Shown: positions 7,724 to 17,735 of the stretch, in pieces
Numbering within the stretch: position 1 is the stretch's first letter
Layout: every line of letters starts with the position of its first letter
NCBI GenBank assembly: GCA_020724805.1
Contig: DYGI01000001.1
Span: forward strand, 239,157 to 303,156
DNA: 64,000 bases
Origin: Candidatus Microgenomatus sp.
GTDB lineage: Bacteria > Patescibacteriota > Minisyncoccia > UBA6257 > GWB1-50-10
Direction: 5' to 3'
Notes under the pieces: model-generated
What the model was told of the DNA's origin: nothing
The model's database searches: none
What the model saw: the letters and a program-made list of their open reading frames with translations, nothing else
Position numbers and translations under genes: made by a program

Positions 7724-9670
7724 ATGGTTATGACAAATTTTCTTATCCTAGGGCGGAATACCGCATGCCTTGCCATGCTTTTTGTAGTGGCGTTTTTCCT
7801 CTTGTTTCCTCAACTTTCGGGGGCGCAAGTAGTGGTGGTGGACTCCGTAACGCTTACACCTTCCGTCTCCGGCACCTCGGTGACGCTTAGCTGGACCACG
7901 TTGGCCGAGACCGCGCTGCATGAAGTACGTTACGCGACGAGCCCGCTCGACGAGTCGAACTGGAGCTCCGGGTCCGTAGCTGGAGGAGTGCCGGGACCGG
8001 TTCCTAACGCGGATCAGAACGTAACAATTTCCGGACTTGCTGCGAGTACGCCTTACTATTTCGGCTATCGGTATGAAACCACCTTCGGCGGGGTAGGATT
8101 CGCATTTACTTCCGCGACCACCGAAAGCGACGGTGGGGGAGGTGATATTTTTGCGCCCGGTCCTGTCTTGAACCTCACCGCCACGGCCGCAGGCACCACT
8201 GCGATTGCGCTTTCGTGGACCGCTCCTTCGGACACGGACATTGCGAACTACGATGCGCGTTGGAGTACGAGTCCCATCAATGCCTCCAATTTTAATTCCG
8301 CAACGGCTATTTCGGGAGTTCCTCTCCCCATCCCGAATGCATCCCAGAACGTCACGGTGGGAGGGCTCACGGCGGCGACCACTTATTATTTTGCGATAAA
8401 GGTTCTCGACACGGTGGGGAACGAGTCGCCCATCGCGACTGCGTCCGCGACGACCGGGAGTGATGGCGGCGGAGGTGGCGGTGGTGGAGGCAGCGGCGGA
8501 GGTGGTGGCGGTAGCGGAGGAGGAAGTGGCGGGGGCGGAAGCTCGAGCCCTGTCTCCTTCTTCATTAACAACGGTGATGAGAAAACGACCACGACGACCG
8601 TGACGCTCAATATAAATGCACCGAATGCCACGCGGATGCAGTTTTCACGCGAGAACAATTTTGCGGGCGCAACGTGGCTTCCTTATGCAACCACCTCGAT
8701 ATGGGAATTGACTCTTCCCAATGGAGAAAAGACGGTCTATGCAAATTTTGTGCGCGACCTTCAAGCGTTCGGAGTAGGCGCGTATGAGAACATCGGTACC
8801 GCGTGGGATTCCATCGTGCTTGAAGCGGCGACGTCCACCATTCCCGCGGCGATTCCTGAACCCGTAGTGGTAGAGACACTTCCTCCGACACCTGCTCCCG
8901 TTCCCGCGCCGGCACTTCCACTCGCGACGCTTGAGAGGGATCTCGTGAGTTTCAACTCACTCATGGTGAACTGGGGCGCGCATACGGTTCGGATACCACA
9001 AGATTTGAATCGTGATTTTGTGGTGGACGGCGTTGATGTGCGCGAGTTTCTTGGGGAATGGACGCGCTCGGCGGACGAAGAACGCGCCTCGCTCACCAAG
9101 GATCTTTTTGGGAATACCATTGTGACGCTCACGCCGGGTGAAATACGCGAGATGGAAGACAGCGAATTCATGATTACCTTCCTCGCGCATCCCGCGGAAG
9201 GACGGAATTACACCGCGCAAATTTCATTTACTTTTCCGCCTGAGCTCGCAGAGTTCGTGTCGTTCACTTACTCAGGCGGTTGGGTTCCGGTCATTCGCGA
9301 TAGTTTTGATGTCAGCGACAATACGCACGGCCTTCTCGTGAAAACCGCCGGTCATCCGGAGGGATTTTCGGAGCCTACTATCTTCGGTTTTGCGCGTTTT
9401 CGTGCAAAGGCCGCAGGTGAGGGGGTCTTTGCCTTCCGGAACAACGGCTTTTCGCTCGACGGCGAGGGGAACGACGTGCTCTCCGCGTCCCTCGGCGGAG
9501 CCTCACTCGCATTCGAAAGCAACGTGTCGGCTCCTGCGCTTTTCCTCGCGAACGTGCTCACGCTGTGGCGCGAAGGGAACATGACGGCGACGCTGGTGAC
9601 GTTTGCGCTTCTCTTCATTGTGTATTTTGTCTCGCGGCGCCGCACTCGGGCCGTACGGAAGGTTTTGTAG
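7724..9670 (+). CDS. Cell-surface protein: 2x Fn3, Gly-rich linker, Ig-like domain, dockerin-like motif, cohesin-like domain, C-terminal TM
   Basis: Repeated L.W...Y..R.ATSP...QNVT..GL.A.T.YYF; poly-G linker; DLNRDFVVDGVDV; C-terminal hydrophobic helix + RRR; start uncertain. Confidence 0.7.
   Translation: MVMTNFLILGRNTACLAMLFVVAFFLLFPQLSGAQVVVVDSVTLTPSVSGTSVTLSWTTLAETALHEVRYATSPLDESNWSSGSVAGGVPGPVPNADQNVTISGLAASTPYYFGYRYETTFGGVGFAFTSATTESDGGGGDIFAPGPVLNLTATAAGTTAIALSWTAPSDTDIANYDARWSTSPINASNFNSATAISGVPLPIPNASQNVTVGGLTAATTYYFAIKVLDTVGNESPIATASATTGSDGGGGGGGGGSGGGGGGSGGGSGGGGSSSPVSFFINNGDEKTTTTTVTLNINAPNATRMQFSRENNFAGATWLPYATTSIWELTLPNGEKTVYANFVRDLQAFGVGAYENIGTAWDSIVLEAATSTIPAAIPEPVVVETLPPTPAPVPAPALPLATLERDLVSFNSLMVNWGAHTVRIPQDLNRDFVVDGVDVREFLGEWTRSADEERASLTKDLFGNTIVTLTPGEIREMEDSEFMITFLAHPAEGRNYTAQISFTFPPELAEFVSFTYSGGWVPVIRDSFDVSDNTHGLLVKTAGHPEGFSEPTIFGFARFRAKAAGEGVFAFRNNGFSLDGEGNDVLSASLGGASLAFESNVSAPALFLANVLTLWREGNMTATLVTFALLFIVYFVSRRRTRAVRKVL
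8461..8541 (+). repeat. GGN codon-rich tract encoding a Gly/Ser linker
   Basis: ggcggcggaggtggcggtggtggaggcagc... about 25 mostly Gly codons. Confidence 0.7.
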
Positions 9671-9762
9671 AAAACCGCCTGAAACCAACTTGCGGATACG
9701 CGTGGTACCGCGTATTCTCGGATAGTACCCCCTAGGACCCTTGTCCTCGGGGCACTTCTTGT

Positions 9763-12273
9763 ATGCATGACAAAATAATCATCAAGGGAGCGCGTGAGCA
9801 TAACTTAAAGAACGTGAATCTTACGATTCCGCGGGGGAAGCTCGTGGTATTTACCGGACTCTCGGGGTCGGGGAAGAGTAGCCTCGTGTTCGACACTATA
9901 TTCGCCGAAGGGCAGCGACGTTATATTGAGTCGCTTTCGGCCTACGCCCGCCAATTCTTGGGGCGATTCGATAAACCCGACGTGGACGAAATAGAAGGAC
10001 TAAGTCCCGCGATCGCCATCGACCAGAAAAGCCACAGCGCGAACCCGCGTTCCACGGTGGCGACCATTACCGAGATTTACGACTATCTTCGTGTGCTTTT
10101 CGCGCGCGCAGGCACGCCGCACTGTCCCACGTGCGGCCGCGAGATAAAAAAATTGACGAACGAGGAAATCGTGGACGTGGTAATTCAACTCGCGAAAGAA
10201 AACACATCCGACAAGAACATCGTTATTCTCGCCCCTGTGGTGCGCGGTCGGAAAGGGGAATATTATCAACTGCTTTATGACTTTTTGAACGCGGGATTTT
10301 CCGAAGTGCGCGTGGACGGGAAATTATTGTCGCTTCGTGAACGGATAGAGCTTTCCCGTTACAAACAGCACACCATAGAGCTTTTGGTGGACCGCATTCC
10401 CGCCCGACTCGATTTTTCGGACAAAGATAATCGCCTGCGACTTTCCGAGGCAGTGGAGACCGCATTGAAATATGGCGGACACGTGGTGACCGTGGTGACG
10501 GACAAAGAAACGGCGCTTTCGGCTCAATTCACCTGTCCCCACGACGGATTCTCGTTTCCCGAGATAGAGCCACGCCTTTTTTCGTTCAATAGTCCGTTTG
10601 GTGCATGCGAAACGTGCAACGGGCTCGGTACCGAATCGCTTTTTTCAGAAAAAATATGTCCGGTTTGCGAAGGGCGACGTTTAAGGAAAGAAGCGCTTAA
10701 TGTACTTATAAACGGGAAAAACATCGCGCAGGTCGCCGCATTCGCGGTGGAAGACGCCGAACGATTTTTCCGCTCACTCGGAGTGAAAACAGATTCCGCG
10801 AAAGCGATTATCGAAGCGCCACTCCGCGAGATAAAAAGTAGGCTCGGGTTTCTTTCGGATGTGGGGCTCGAGTATCTCACTTTGGATCGAAGGGCGGGGA
10901 CACTTTCGGGGGGTGAAGCGCAGAGGATACGACTTGCCTCGCAGATAGGGTCGCGCCTCACCGGCACGCTCTATGTGCTCGATGAACCGACCATTGGGCT
11001 CCATCAGCGTGACAATGCAAAGTTGCTTACCACGCTTTTGGAACTTCGAGATCTCGGAAACTCGGTGCTGGTAGTGGAACACGACGAAGAGACCATCCGT
11101 ACCGCGGATCACCTGGTGGACATCGGCCCGGCGGCGGGAGTCCATGGGGGAGAAGTGGTTGCGGAAGGGGCAATGCCCGCGCTTTTGAAGAATGAGAAGA
11201 TTCACTCTCCCACGCTCGATTATCTGCGAGGAAAGAAATTTATCGAAGTGCCGGCGGAGCGCCGGCGCGTCACGAAGGACCATGAGCATCTGCGCATTGT
11301 CCGCGCGCGGGAAAATAATTTGAAGGACGTAAATGTGGAAATACCCCTCAGACGGTTCGTAGCGATTACCGGCGTTTCCGGGTCAGGGAAGTCCTCGCTC
11401 GTCTACGATGTGCTTTATAAAACGCTCGCAAACCGGTGGAATGGGGCAGCATATAAAGCCGGCGCGCACGAAAAAATGACGGGTACGGAATACATGAACC
11501 GCGTAGTGAATGTCGACCAATCTCCGATTGGAAGAACGCCGCGCTCGAACCCCGCGACCTATGTGGGCGCGTGGACACATATTCGCGATCTTTTCGCCGC
11601 GACGGAAGACGCGCGCGTACGCGGATACCGGCCCGGAAGATTCTCGTTCAATGTGAAGGGCGGGCGGTGCGAGAACTGCGAGGGGCACGGGCTTATCGCA
11701 ATCGAGATGCACTTTTTGCCCACGGTCTATGTTTCGTGCGATGTCTGCAAGGGCAAGCGCTTTGATCGCGAGACCTTGGAGGTGGAGTATAAAGAGAAAA
11801 ATATATACGACGTGCTTCAGATGACGGTGGAGGAGGCGGTGGAATTTTTTGACGACATTCCGTGGCTCTACGACCGGTTAAAGATTTTGGAAGAGGTGGG
11901 GTTGGGGTACATCACGCTCGGCCAATCGGCGACCACGCTTTCGGGCGGAGAAGCTCAGCGCATCAAGCTTGCGGCCGAGCTTGGCAAGCGCGATACACGG
12001 AAAACGCTCTATCTTCTAGATGAACCGACGACAGGACTTCACTTCGCGGACGTGGACCAGCTTTTGAAGGTACTCCAGCGCCTCGTGGACCGCGGGAACA
12101 CGGTCATTGTGATTGAACACAACTTGGATGTCATCAAAACCGCGGACTGGGTCATCGACCTCGGTCCCGAGGGAGGGGAGCGTGGCGGCGAGATAGTGGC
12201 GGTGGGCACGCCCGAGGATATCGCGAAGAAAGGCAAGAGTTTTACCGGGCAATATTTGAAAAAGGTGTTGTAG
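9763..12273 (+). CDS. uvrA: Excinuclease ABC subunit A
   Basis: GAREHNLKN, two GxSGSGKSS Walker A, two LSGGEAQRI signatures, Zn fingers. Confidence 0.98.
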   Translation: MHDKIIIKGAREHNLKNVNLTIPRGKLVVFTGLSGSGKSSLVFDTIFAEGQRRYIESLSAYARQFLGRFDKPDVDEIEGLSPAIAIDQKSHSANPRSTVATITEIYDYLRVLFARAGTPHCPTCGREIKKLTNEEIVDVVIQLAKENTSDKNIVILAPVVRGRKGEYYQLLYDFLNAGFSEVRVDGKLLSLRERIELSRYKQHTIELLVDRIPARLDFSDKDNRLRLSEAVETALKYGGHVVTVVTDKETALSAQFTCPHDGFSFPEIEPRLFSFNSPFGACETCNGLGTESLFSEKICPVCEGRRLRKEALNVLINGKNIAQVAAFAVEDAERFFRSLGVKTDSAKAIIEAPLREIKSRLGFLSDVGLEYLTLDRRAGTLSGGEAQRIRLASQIGSRLTGTLYVLDEPTIGLHQRDNAKLLTTLLELRDLGNSVLVVEHDEETIRTADHLVDIGPAAGVHGGEVVAEGAMPALLKNEKIHSPTLDYLRGKKFIEVPAERRRVTKDHEHLRIVRARENNLKDVNVEIPLRRFVAITGVSGSGKSSLVYDVLYKTLANRWNGAAYKAGAHEKMTGTEYMNRVVNVDQSPIGRTPRSNPATYVGAWTHIRDLFAATEDARVRGYRPGRFSFNVKGGRCENCEGHGLIAIEMHFLPTVYVSCDVCKGKRFDRETLEVEYKEKNIYDVLQMTVEEAVEFFDDIPWLYDRLKILEEVGLGYITLGQSATTLSGGEAQRIKLAAELGKRDTRKTLYLLDEPTTGLHFADVDQLLKVLQRLVDRGNTVIVIEHNLDVIKTADWVIDLGPEGGERGGEIVAVGTPEDIAKKGKSFTGQYLKKVL

Positions 12274-12282
12274 AATAGTTAT

Positions 12283-13578
12283 GTGGAAGGAGAGTTTATC
12301 TCCGATGAGGAGGTGGAAGCGTATGAGCGGCGCGCAGATCCGGTGCGGCGCTCGGCGCGATGGTCTCTCGCCGCGGTTGCCGCGGCGTTTGCGCTCATAG
12401 GGGCCGCGTATTTGTGGGGAGCGTGGGGAGGCGGGAGTAAACTTACCGCATCGCTTCTTGGTGATGCAGGCGAAAAAGGTGAGGTCTTTATGCTGAAAAG
12501 CGCAGCCAGCGATGCGAACGCTCAGATATCCCAAGGAAACATCGCTGCTTTTTCCGCCGCGTGTGGCTACGAAAGCGGTCCTTCGACCAGTCCTTCGTTG
12601 CACTCAGGACAAGCAATTTCAGTTGTATTTAGTGAAATTGCTTGGATGGGGACGGAGGAAGGGGCGCAGTATGAATGGATAGAAATCGCGAACACCGGCA
12701 ATGCGCCCGCGGATATGAGTGGGTGGAGCGTGGTGGATAAGGATGAGCAGATACAGTTTTTATTTTCGAAAAGCGCGAACATCCCGGCGGGCGGCTTTAT
12801 GCTTTTTGCGCGGAGCGCGGATCGGGTAGGGAGCGTGAAGGCTGATTTCCGTTACACTGGCAATCTGAAAAATGAGGACGAAGGCTTGCGACTTTTCAAT
12901 GAGAAGTGTGAGGTGATGGACGAAGTACTCGCCGCGCCAAAGTGGCCGGCGGGGGATGTAAAAACCAAGAGAACTATGGAGAGGAACTTCGTGACGAAGA
13001 GCTGGCATACCTCAGCGGAAGTGGGTGGAACACCAAAAGCGGCGAATTCTCGCGGAATTGACGGGGGAAATAAAAAAGTAGAAGCGGATAGCACAGAGGT
13101 GGCGGCGACATCTACTCCCCCTCATCCATCCCCGACTCAGGGAATGGCGAGTTCGACGGGCTCACCACAGGTGGTAATAAGCGAAGTGATGGCGGGGAAA
13201 GATGGTGCGGCGAATTGGGATTTCGTAGAGCTTCATAACGCGGGGACAAGCGCGGTGAATCTCACCGGGTGGAGTGTAAAAAAGAAAAGTTCCACAGGAA
13301 ATGAATCGGCGCTCGTGACCTCATCGCGGTTTGAAGGGAAAACAATTTCCGCGGGCGGCTATTTACTTCTCGCCCACCCGGACTATACCGGCGTGCCCGC
13401 GGCGGACGTGGTGTGGCCTAAGTCGTATGTGCTCGCATACACAAATAATGCGGTGGTGCTCTACGGTGCGAATGGCGTGAAGGCAGATGAAATATCATGG
13501 ACGGAAATTCCGAAAGGACAATCATACGCGGAAATAAACGGTGCGTGGGCGGTGTCTTTTCCGACACCCGGGCAGTAG
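12283..13578 (+). CDS. Membrane-anchored protein with two lamin-tail domains
   Basis: TM then VVFSEIAWMG..EWIEI.N....D.SGW and VVISEVM..DFVELHN....NLTGW; ends TPG. Confidence 0.8.
   Translation: MEGEFISDEEVEAYERRADPVRRSARWSLAAVAAAFALIGAAYLWGAWGGGSKLTASLLGDAGEKGEVFMLKSAASDANAQISQGNIAAFSAACGYESGPSTSPSLHSGQAISVVFSEIAWMGTEEGAQYEWIEIANTGNAPADMSGWSVVDKDEQIQFLFSKSANIPAGGFMLFARSADRVGSVKADFRYTGNLKNEDEGLRLFNEKCEVMDEVLAAPKWPAGDVKTKRTMERNFVTKSWHTSAEVGGTPKAANSRGIDGGNKKVEADSTEVAATSTPPHPSPTQGMASSTGSPQVVISEVMAGKDGAANWDFVELHNAGTSAVNLTGWSVKKKSSTGNESALVTSSRFEGKTISAGGYLLLAHPDYTGVPAADVVWPKSYVLAYTNNAVVLYGANGVKADEISWTEIPKGQSYAEINGAWAVSFPTPGQ
12579..12614 (+). repeat. Degenerate tandem copy of the CCTTCG...CTCAGG repeat in an interdomain linker
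   Basis: TCCTTCGACCAG-TCCTTCGTTGCACTCAGGACAAGC (PSTSPSLHSGQA). Confidence 0.6.
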
Positions 13579-13583
13579 TGAGT

Positions 13584-13612
13584 TTGACCACCATAAAAGT
13601 GCATGATAAGGT
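13584..13612 (+). promoter_or_regulatory. Putative sigma70 promoter
   Basis: TTGACC-17 bp-TAAGGT with TG extension. Confidence 0.45.
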
Positions 13613-13676
13613 GTGAAAACATTCCTCACGGGATGTGTGGTTCTTTTCAACAACCTTTCAATTCCATGGAGGTTCT

Positions 13677-13907
13677 ATGCATGCTCGCTTCAGCTGTTCG
13701 CACGGGTGCGGAGAAGGCACCGCGTACAAGCTTGGTGTCACCACCCAGCTTGTGAATGGGGAAATGGTCGATGTCTGCGAGAAGCATCGGAAGCCGGTGA
13801 AGCAAATCACCAAGGCGAAGATGAGTGGTCACGCGAAGTTGTTCCAGAAGAAGGGTCCCCCGGCGAGCAGGAAAGTTATGACACCGATCGCGCTTGCGTT
13901 TCGGTGA
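13677..13907 (+). CDS. Small basic Cys/His orphan protein (76 aa), possible Zn binder
   Basis: GGAGGT 13668-13673 before ATG; CSHGC...CEKH; terminator follows. Confidence 0.55.
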   Translation: MHARFSCSHGCGEGTAYKLGVTTQLVNGEMVDVCEKHRKPVKQITKAKMSGHAKLFQKKGPPASRKVMTPIALAFR

Positions 13908-13950
13908 GCATCGTGGAGAAAGGTAGATTGAGTGTAGTGCAGTTGGAATA

Positions 13951-13989
13951 TGCCCCGCGGCGGTATGCGCGCGGGGCACTTTGTTTTTT
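13951..13989 (+). terminator. Intrinsic terminator
   Basis: TGCCCCGCG...CGCGGGGCA then CTTTGTTTTTT. Confidence 0.7.
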
Positions 13990-13996
13990 CACCACA

Positions 13997-14025
13997 TTGA
14001 CTTTTTCTGTAAAATATGTTAGCAT
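13997..14025 (+). promoter_or_regulatory. Putative sigma70 promoter
   Basis: TTGACT-17 bp-TAGCAT with TGn extension. Confidence 0.55.
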
Positions 14026-14072
14026 TCCAGGCAGGAAGCTTTCATTCACCCACCTTCTCAAGGAGGTGATAT

Positions 14073-14402
14073 ATGTCAGGTGGTAATTGTCCTCGGTGCC
14101 ATGCGCTGCTCGACGAAGAAAAGAGCCCATATCCAAGCCACGTTCGGTGGGTATGTCGGGAAGCGTGTGGATACACTAAAGACGTGTATCAACCGACAAG
14201 TATTCTGTCGGTCACAAGCGGGAACGAAACCGATCGACACCTGAAACCCATCATGACCCCCGGTCTCACTGGAGTTGATACCGAGACCGCGATGGATTTT
14301 TGGTCCGACCATTGTGAAACGTGGGGGCCTTCGGGGTGTGAAGCGCGGTTTCGGGCGCGCAAGGGAGTCCCGGTACATTCGCGACGGCGTGCGACGCGGT
14401 AG
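14073..14402 (+). CDS. Small zinc-ribbon-like orphan protein (109 aa)
   Basis: AAGGAGGTGAT upstream of ATG; CPRC...CREACGY. Confidence 0.6.
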   Translation: MSGGNCPRCHALLDEEKSPYPSHVRWVCREACGYTKDVYQPTSILSVTSGNETDRHLKPIMTPGLTGVDTETAMDFWSDHCETWGPSGCEARFRARKGVPVHSRRRATR

Positions 14403-14423
14403 TTGCACGCCTCATCGCTAGGA

Positions 14424-14468
14424 AAGAAGAGCCCAACTTCGTGTCATGAAGTTGGGCTTTTTCTTTTT
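14424..14468 (+). terminator. Intrinsic terminator
   Basis: AGCCCAACTTC...GAAGTTGGGCT then TTTTTCTTTTT. Confidence 0.8.
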
Positions 14469-14493
14469 CCGAAACGTTATACTAACTGAAAGG

Positions 14494-15057
14494 ATGTCCT
14501 CCATCATCAAGCTTTTCATGGTTGTCTTTGGTATCGTGCTTGGTGTGTCGCTTATCGGCGTGCCTTATTTTTCCTCCCTTTTTTCTCTGGAGAACAAGGG
14601 CGAGGTGAAGATAAAAGACCAGATTATCGTGGTGGATATTGTGAACGAGCCGGAAACCCGTGCGCGCGGACTTTCCGGACGGGAAAGTCTCGGAGTGAAC
14701 GAGGGGATGCTCTTTATTTTCGATAGTGCCGACTACTACCCCTTTTGGATGAAGGATATGAAGTTTCCCATTGATATTGTATGGATTGCGGACAACCGAA
14801 TCGTGGGATTTGAAGAGCGCGTGTCTCCGGAACCAGGAGTGCCCGATCGTGAACTGAAAAGTTATGTGCCACCGGAGCCGATAGATAAAGTGCTTGAACT
14901 CGCGGCTGGACGCGTGCGACTTCTTCGGGCGGAGGTAGGCGATGCCGTGCGCGTGCGACGCCTTATCGCGGGCGGCGCACTTCTCCCTTCCTTTGAGGAC
15001 TTTGCGAACGCACTCGCCGAGTGGCGTTCCCTCCGGACGGACGTAAGGGTATACTAA
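14494..15057 (+). CDS. DUF192 family protein
   Basis: RARGLSGRE.L...EGMLFIF....YPFWMKDMKFPIDI.WI...VLEL.AG. Confidence 0.88.
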   Translation: MSSIIKLFMVVFGIVLGVSLIGVPYFSSLFSLENKGEVKIKDQIIVVDIVNEPETRARGLSGRESLGVNEGMLFIFDSADYYPFWMKDMKFPIDIVWIADNRIVGFEERVSPEPGVPDRELKSYVPPEPIDKVLELAAGRVRLLRAEVGDAVRVRRLIAGGALLPSFEDFANALAEWRSLRTDVRVY

Positions 15058-15062
15058 AACCG

Positions 15063-16082
15063 ATGAAGAAACGCGTCGCAATAAACGGATTTGGCCGCAT
15101 CGGCCGACTTTTCTTCCGACTTGGATTTGGAGCAAAAGATTTTGAGATAGTGGCGGTGAACGATCTCGGGGATGTTGCGAACCTCGCGCATCTCCTGCAG
15201 TACGATTCGGTGTATGGGCGCTACGAAAAAGAAGTGAAAGTGCGACAAGGAGCATTGATGGTGGGAGGGAAACGCATCAAGTTTCTGCAGGAAAAAGATC
15301 CCGCAAAACTTCCGTGGAAGAAAATGAAGGTGAATCTTGTGGTGGAAGCCACGGGTGCGTTCGAATCGTACGAAAAAGCGAAGGTGCATTGTGCGGCGGG
15401 TGCGAAACGCGTGGTCTTGACTGCGCCCGCGAAGGACGACGACGGCGCGCTTGGAAAAACCGTGCTCATGGGAGTGAACGAGAGCGAGATGAAAGGAGTG
15501 ACGATGACCTCGAACGGATCCTGCACTACGAACGCGGCTTCCCCAATCATCGCGGTGATGGCGGAGCGCCCCGGCATCAAAAAGGCGGTATTGAACACCG
15601 TGCACGGATATACCGCGACCCAAAATCTTGTGGATGGCCCCACCCGAGGGAAAGATTTTCGGCGTGGGAGAGCCGCGGCGGTGAACATAGTGCCTTCCAC
15701 CACCGGTGCGGCCATCTCGGTCACGCGCGCGTTTCGTCCTCTCGCGGGGCGGTTCGACGGTATTGCTATGCGCGTGCCGGTCATTGCCGGTTCGGTGGCA
15801 GACATCACGTTTCTCGCAAAGCGCAAAACTTCAGTGGATGAGGTGAACAATATTTTCAGGCGCGCCGCAAAATCTCCCAAGTGGAGAGGGATTCTTGCCG
15901 TGGCCGAGGGCCAGCTGGTATCGTCCGATATCGTAGGGGAGCCGTATGGCGCAATCGTGGACCTTGCATTCACCAAAGTAGTGGATGGCGACCTCGTGAA
16001 GGTTCTCGCGTGGTATGACAACGAGTACGGATACGCGGCCATGCTTTTGAAGCACGTTTCCCGTGCACTCACACTCCATTAA
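15063..16082 (+). CDS. gap: Type I glyceraldehyde-3-phosphate dehydrogenase
   Basis: VAINGFGRIGR, catalytic SNGSCTTN, WYDNEYGY. Confidence 0.97.
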   Translation: MKKRVAINGFGRIGRLFFRLGFGAKDFEIVAVNDLGDVANLAHLLQYDSVYGRYEKEVKVRQGALMVGGKRIKFLQEKDPAKLPWKKMKVNLVVEATGAFESYEKAKVHCAAGAKRVVLTAPAKDDDGALGKTVLMGVNESEMKGVTMTSNGSCTTNAASPIIAVMAERPGIKKAVLNTVHGYTATQNLVDGPTRGKDFRRGRAAAVNIVPSTTGAAISVTRAFRPLAGRFDGIAMRVPVIAGSVADITFLAKRKTSVDEVNNIFRRAAKSPKWRGILAVAEGQLVSSDIVGEPYGAIVDLAFTKVVDGDLVKVLAWYDNEYGYAAMLLKHVSRALTLH

Positions 16083-17109
16083 AGTTTCCGTTATTGTCGC
16101 CGCGTCCGTGGAAATCGTGGTCGCGGTGTTTTTAGTTTTCATCGCATACCAGGTACAGCTTGCGATGCGCCACACCGCACGCGCGGCATTTCAAACGAAC
16201 CTCGTTATCAACCGAATAGCGACACGTGCCGCAGAACTCGCACAACCTAAGGGCGCCACGCTCCTTTTCGTCGGCGACGTGATGCTCGCGCGCGGTGTGG
16301 AGTTCTATACGGAACGTGAAGCCGGAGGAGACTTTCGATTTCCTTTCGCGCGAGCCTCTTCCACGCTCCGCGCGGCGGATCTCACCGTGGGGAATTTGGA
16401 GCATCCCGTTTCCGCGCGCGGGAAAAATCAAGGGAGCCAATATTCTCTTCGCGCAAAGCCGGAGGCGCTTGCCGGTCTCGCGGATGCGGGCTTCGATGTG
16501 GTTTCGCTTGCCAATAACCACATTTGGGACTGGGGTACGGATGCGCTCTCCGACACATTTCTCCATTTGGATGCCGCCGGCATTCGCTTCGTCGGCGCGG
16601 GCATGAATGAGAGCGAAGCAAATCGTCCGCTCATAATGGAGCTCAAAGGCAACTCCATCGTGTTTGTCGGGTGGACAAACTTGTACCCGGAAGGGTTGGA
16701 GGCGAAAGGCGACGAGCCGGGCATCAGCCGTTTCCGCGAAGACGAAGCGGCGGCGCAGGTAAGCAACCTCGCTGCCACGAACGATATCGTGGTGGTGCTC
16801 ATCCATTTTGGCGACGAATACAAAACGAACGCGAATGAGGTACAAAAAAAGATAGCCCGCGCGCTTGTGGATGCCGGCGCCGACCTTGTGGTTGGCCATC
16901 ATCCGCACGTGGTGGAAGAGGTGGAGAGATATCGGGAAGGCTGGATCGCCTACAGTTTAGGGAACTTTGTTTTTGACCAGGGGTTTTCTGAGGAAACCAT
17001 GCGTGGCCTTGCGCTCCGCGTCGCGGTGAAGGATGGGCGCGTGGAAAACGTAGAGGAGTTACACACGCAGATGAATGCGCATTTCCAGCCCGCATTCATT
17101 GATAATTAA
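16063..17109 (+). CDS. CapA/PGA_cap family metallophosphatase-fold protein
   Basis: VGDVML.R, NLE, SLANNH..D.G, H.G.E, GHHPHV, YSLGNFVFDQ. Confidence 0.9.
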   Translation: MHSHSIKVSVIVAASVEIVVAVFLVFIAYQVQLAMRHTARAAFQTNLVINRIATRAAELAQPKGATLLFVGDVMLARGVEFYTEREAGGDFRFPFARASSTLRAADLTVGNLEHPVSARGKNQGSQYSLRAKPEALAGLADAGFDVVSLANNHIWDWGTDALSDTFLHLDAAGIRFVGAGMNESEANRPLIMELKGNSIVFVGWTNLYPEGLEAKGDEPGISRFREDEAAAQVSNLAATNDIVVVLIHFGDEYKTNANEVQKKIARALVDAGADLVVGHHPHVVEEVERYREGWIAYSLGNFVFDQGFSEETMRGLALRVAVKDGRVENVEELHTQMNAHFQPAFIDN

Positions 17110-17138
17110 GAGCTAATAATCGATAATTCAATCACTAT

Positions 17139-17606
17139 ATGGTCATTTATCTCGGTTCGGACCATCGCGGATTTGAAATAAAGGAACATCTGAAGAACGC
17201 GCTTGCGGCGCGGGGATACCCCGTGGTAGATCTGGGGCCCGCCGCGTATGACGAGAGCGATGATTATACCGACATTGCCGCCGCGCTTGCGAAGAAAGTG
17301 AGTGCGAATATGGAAACAAGTCGCGGTATTCTTCTCTGTGGTTCCGGAGTGGGAGTGTCGGTGGTAGCGAATAAGTTTCCCAATATTCGCGCGGCGCTTG
17401 TCATGATTCCCGACCAAGCCTTCGACAGCAGGAACGACGACGACGCGAACATATTGGCGCTCGGTACGAATTATCTTGATGCGGCCGCGGCAGAGAAAAT
17501 AGCGGTGACATGGCTTGCCACCCCATTCTCAAAAGAACCGCGGTTTGCGCGTCGACTCCAAGAACTTACAAAAATAGAGGCGGACGCATTGCGTCGTCCG
17601 GAGTAG
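17139..17606 (+). CDS. rpiB: Ribose-5-phosphate isomerase B
   Basis: GSDHRG, DY.D, CGSGVG...ANK, N.LALG. Confidence 0.93.
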   Translation: MVIYLGSDHRGFEIKEHLKNALAARGYPVVDLGPAAYDESDDYTDIAAALAKKVSANMETSRGILLCGSGVGVSVVANKFPNIRAALVMIPDQAFDSRNDDDANILALGTNYLDAAAAEKIAVTWLATPFSKEPRFARRLQELTKIEADALRRPE

Positions 17607-17614
17607 CGCATGGA

Positions 17615-17735
17615 CCCCGTTAGAAGCAACTCAGCGACTCAATAATAGATAATGATATGCCTGTGAAATATTTAACCAACCGATTAAATCCGTGTAATAC
17701 GGGCGCGCACGTGGGCGCACCCTGCTTCTAACGGG
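17615..17735. mobile_element. MITE-like element in the rpe start codon
   Basis: 13-bp perfect TIR CCCGTTAGAAGCA (17616-17628)/TGCTTCTAACGGG (17723-17735); ATGGA direct repeat at 17610 and 17736. Confidence 0.8.
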
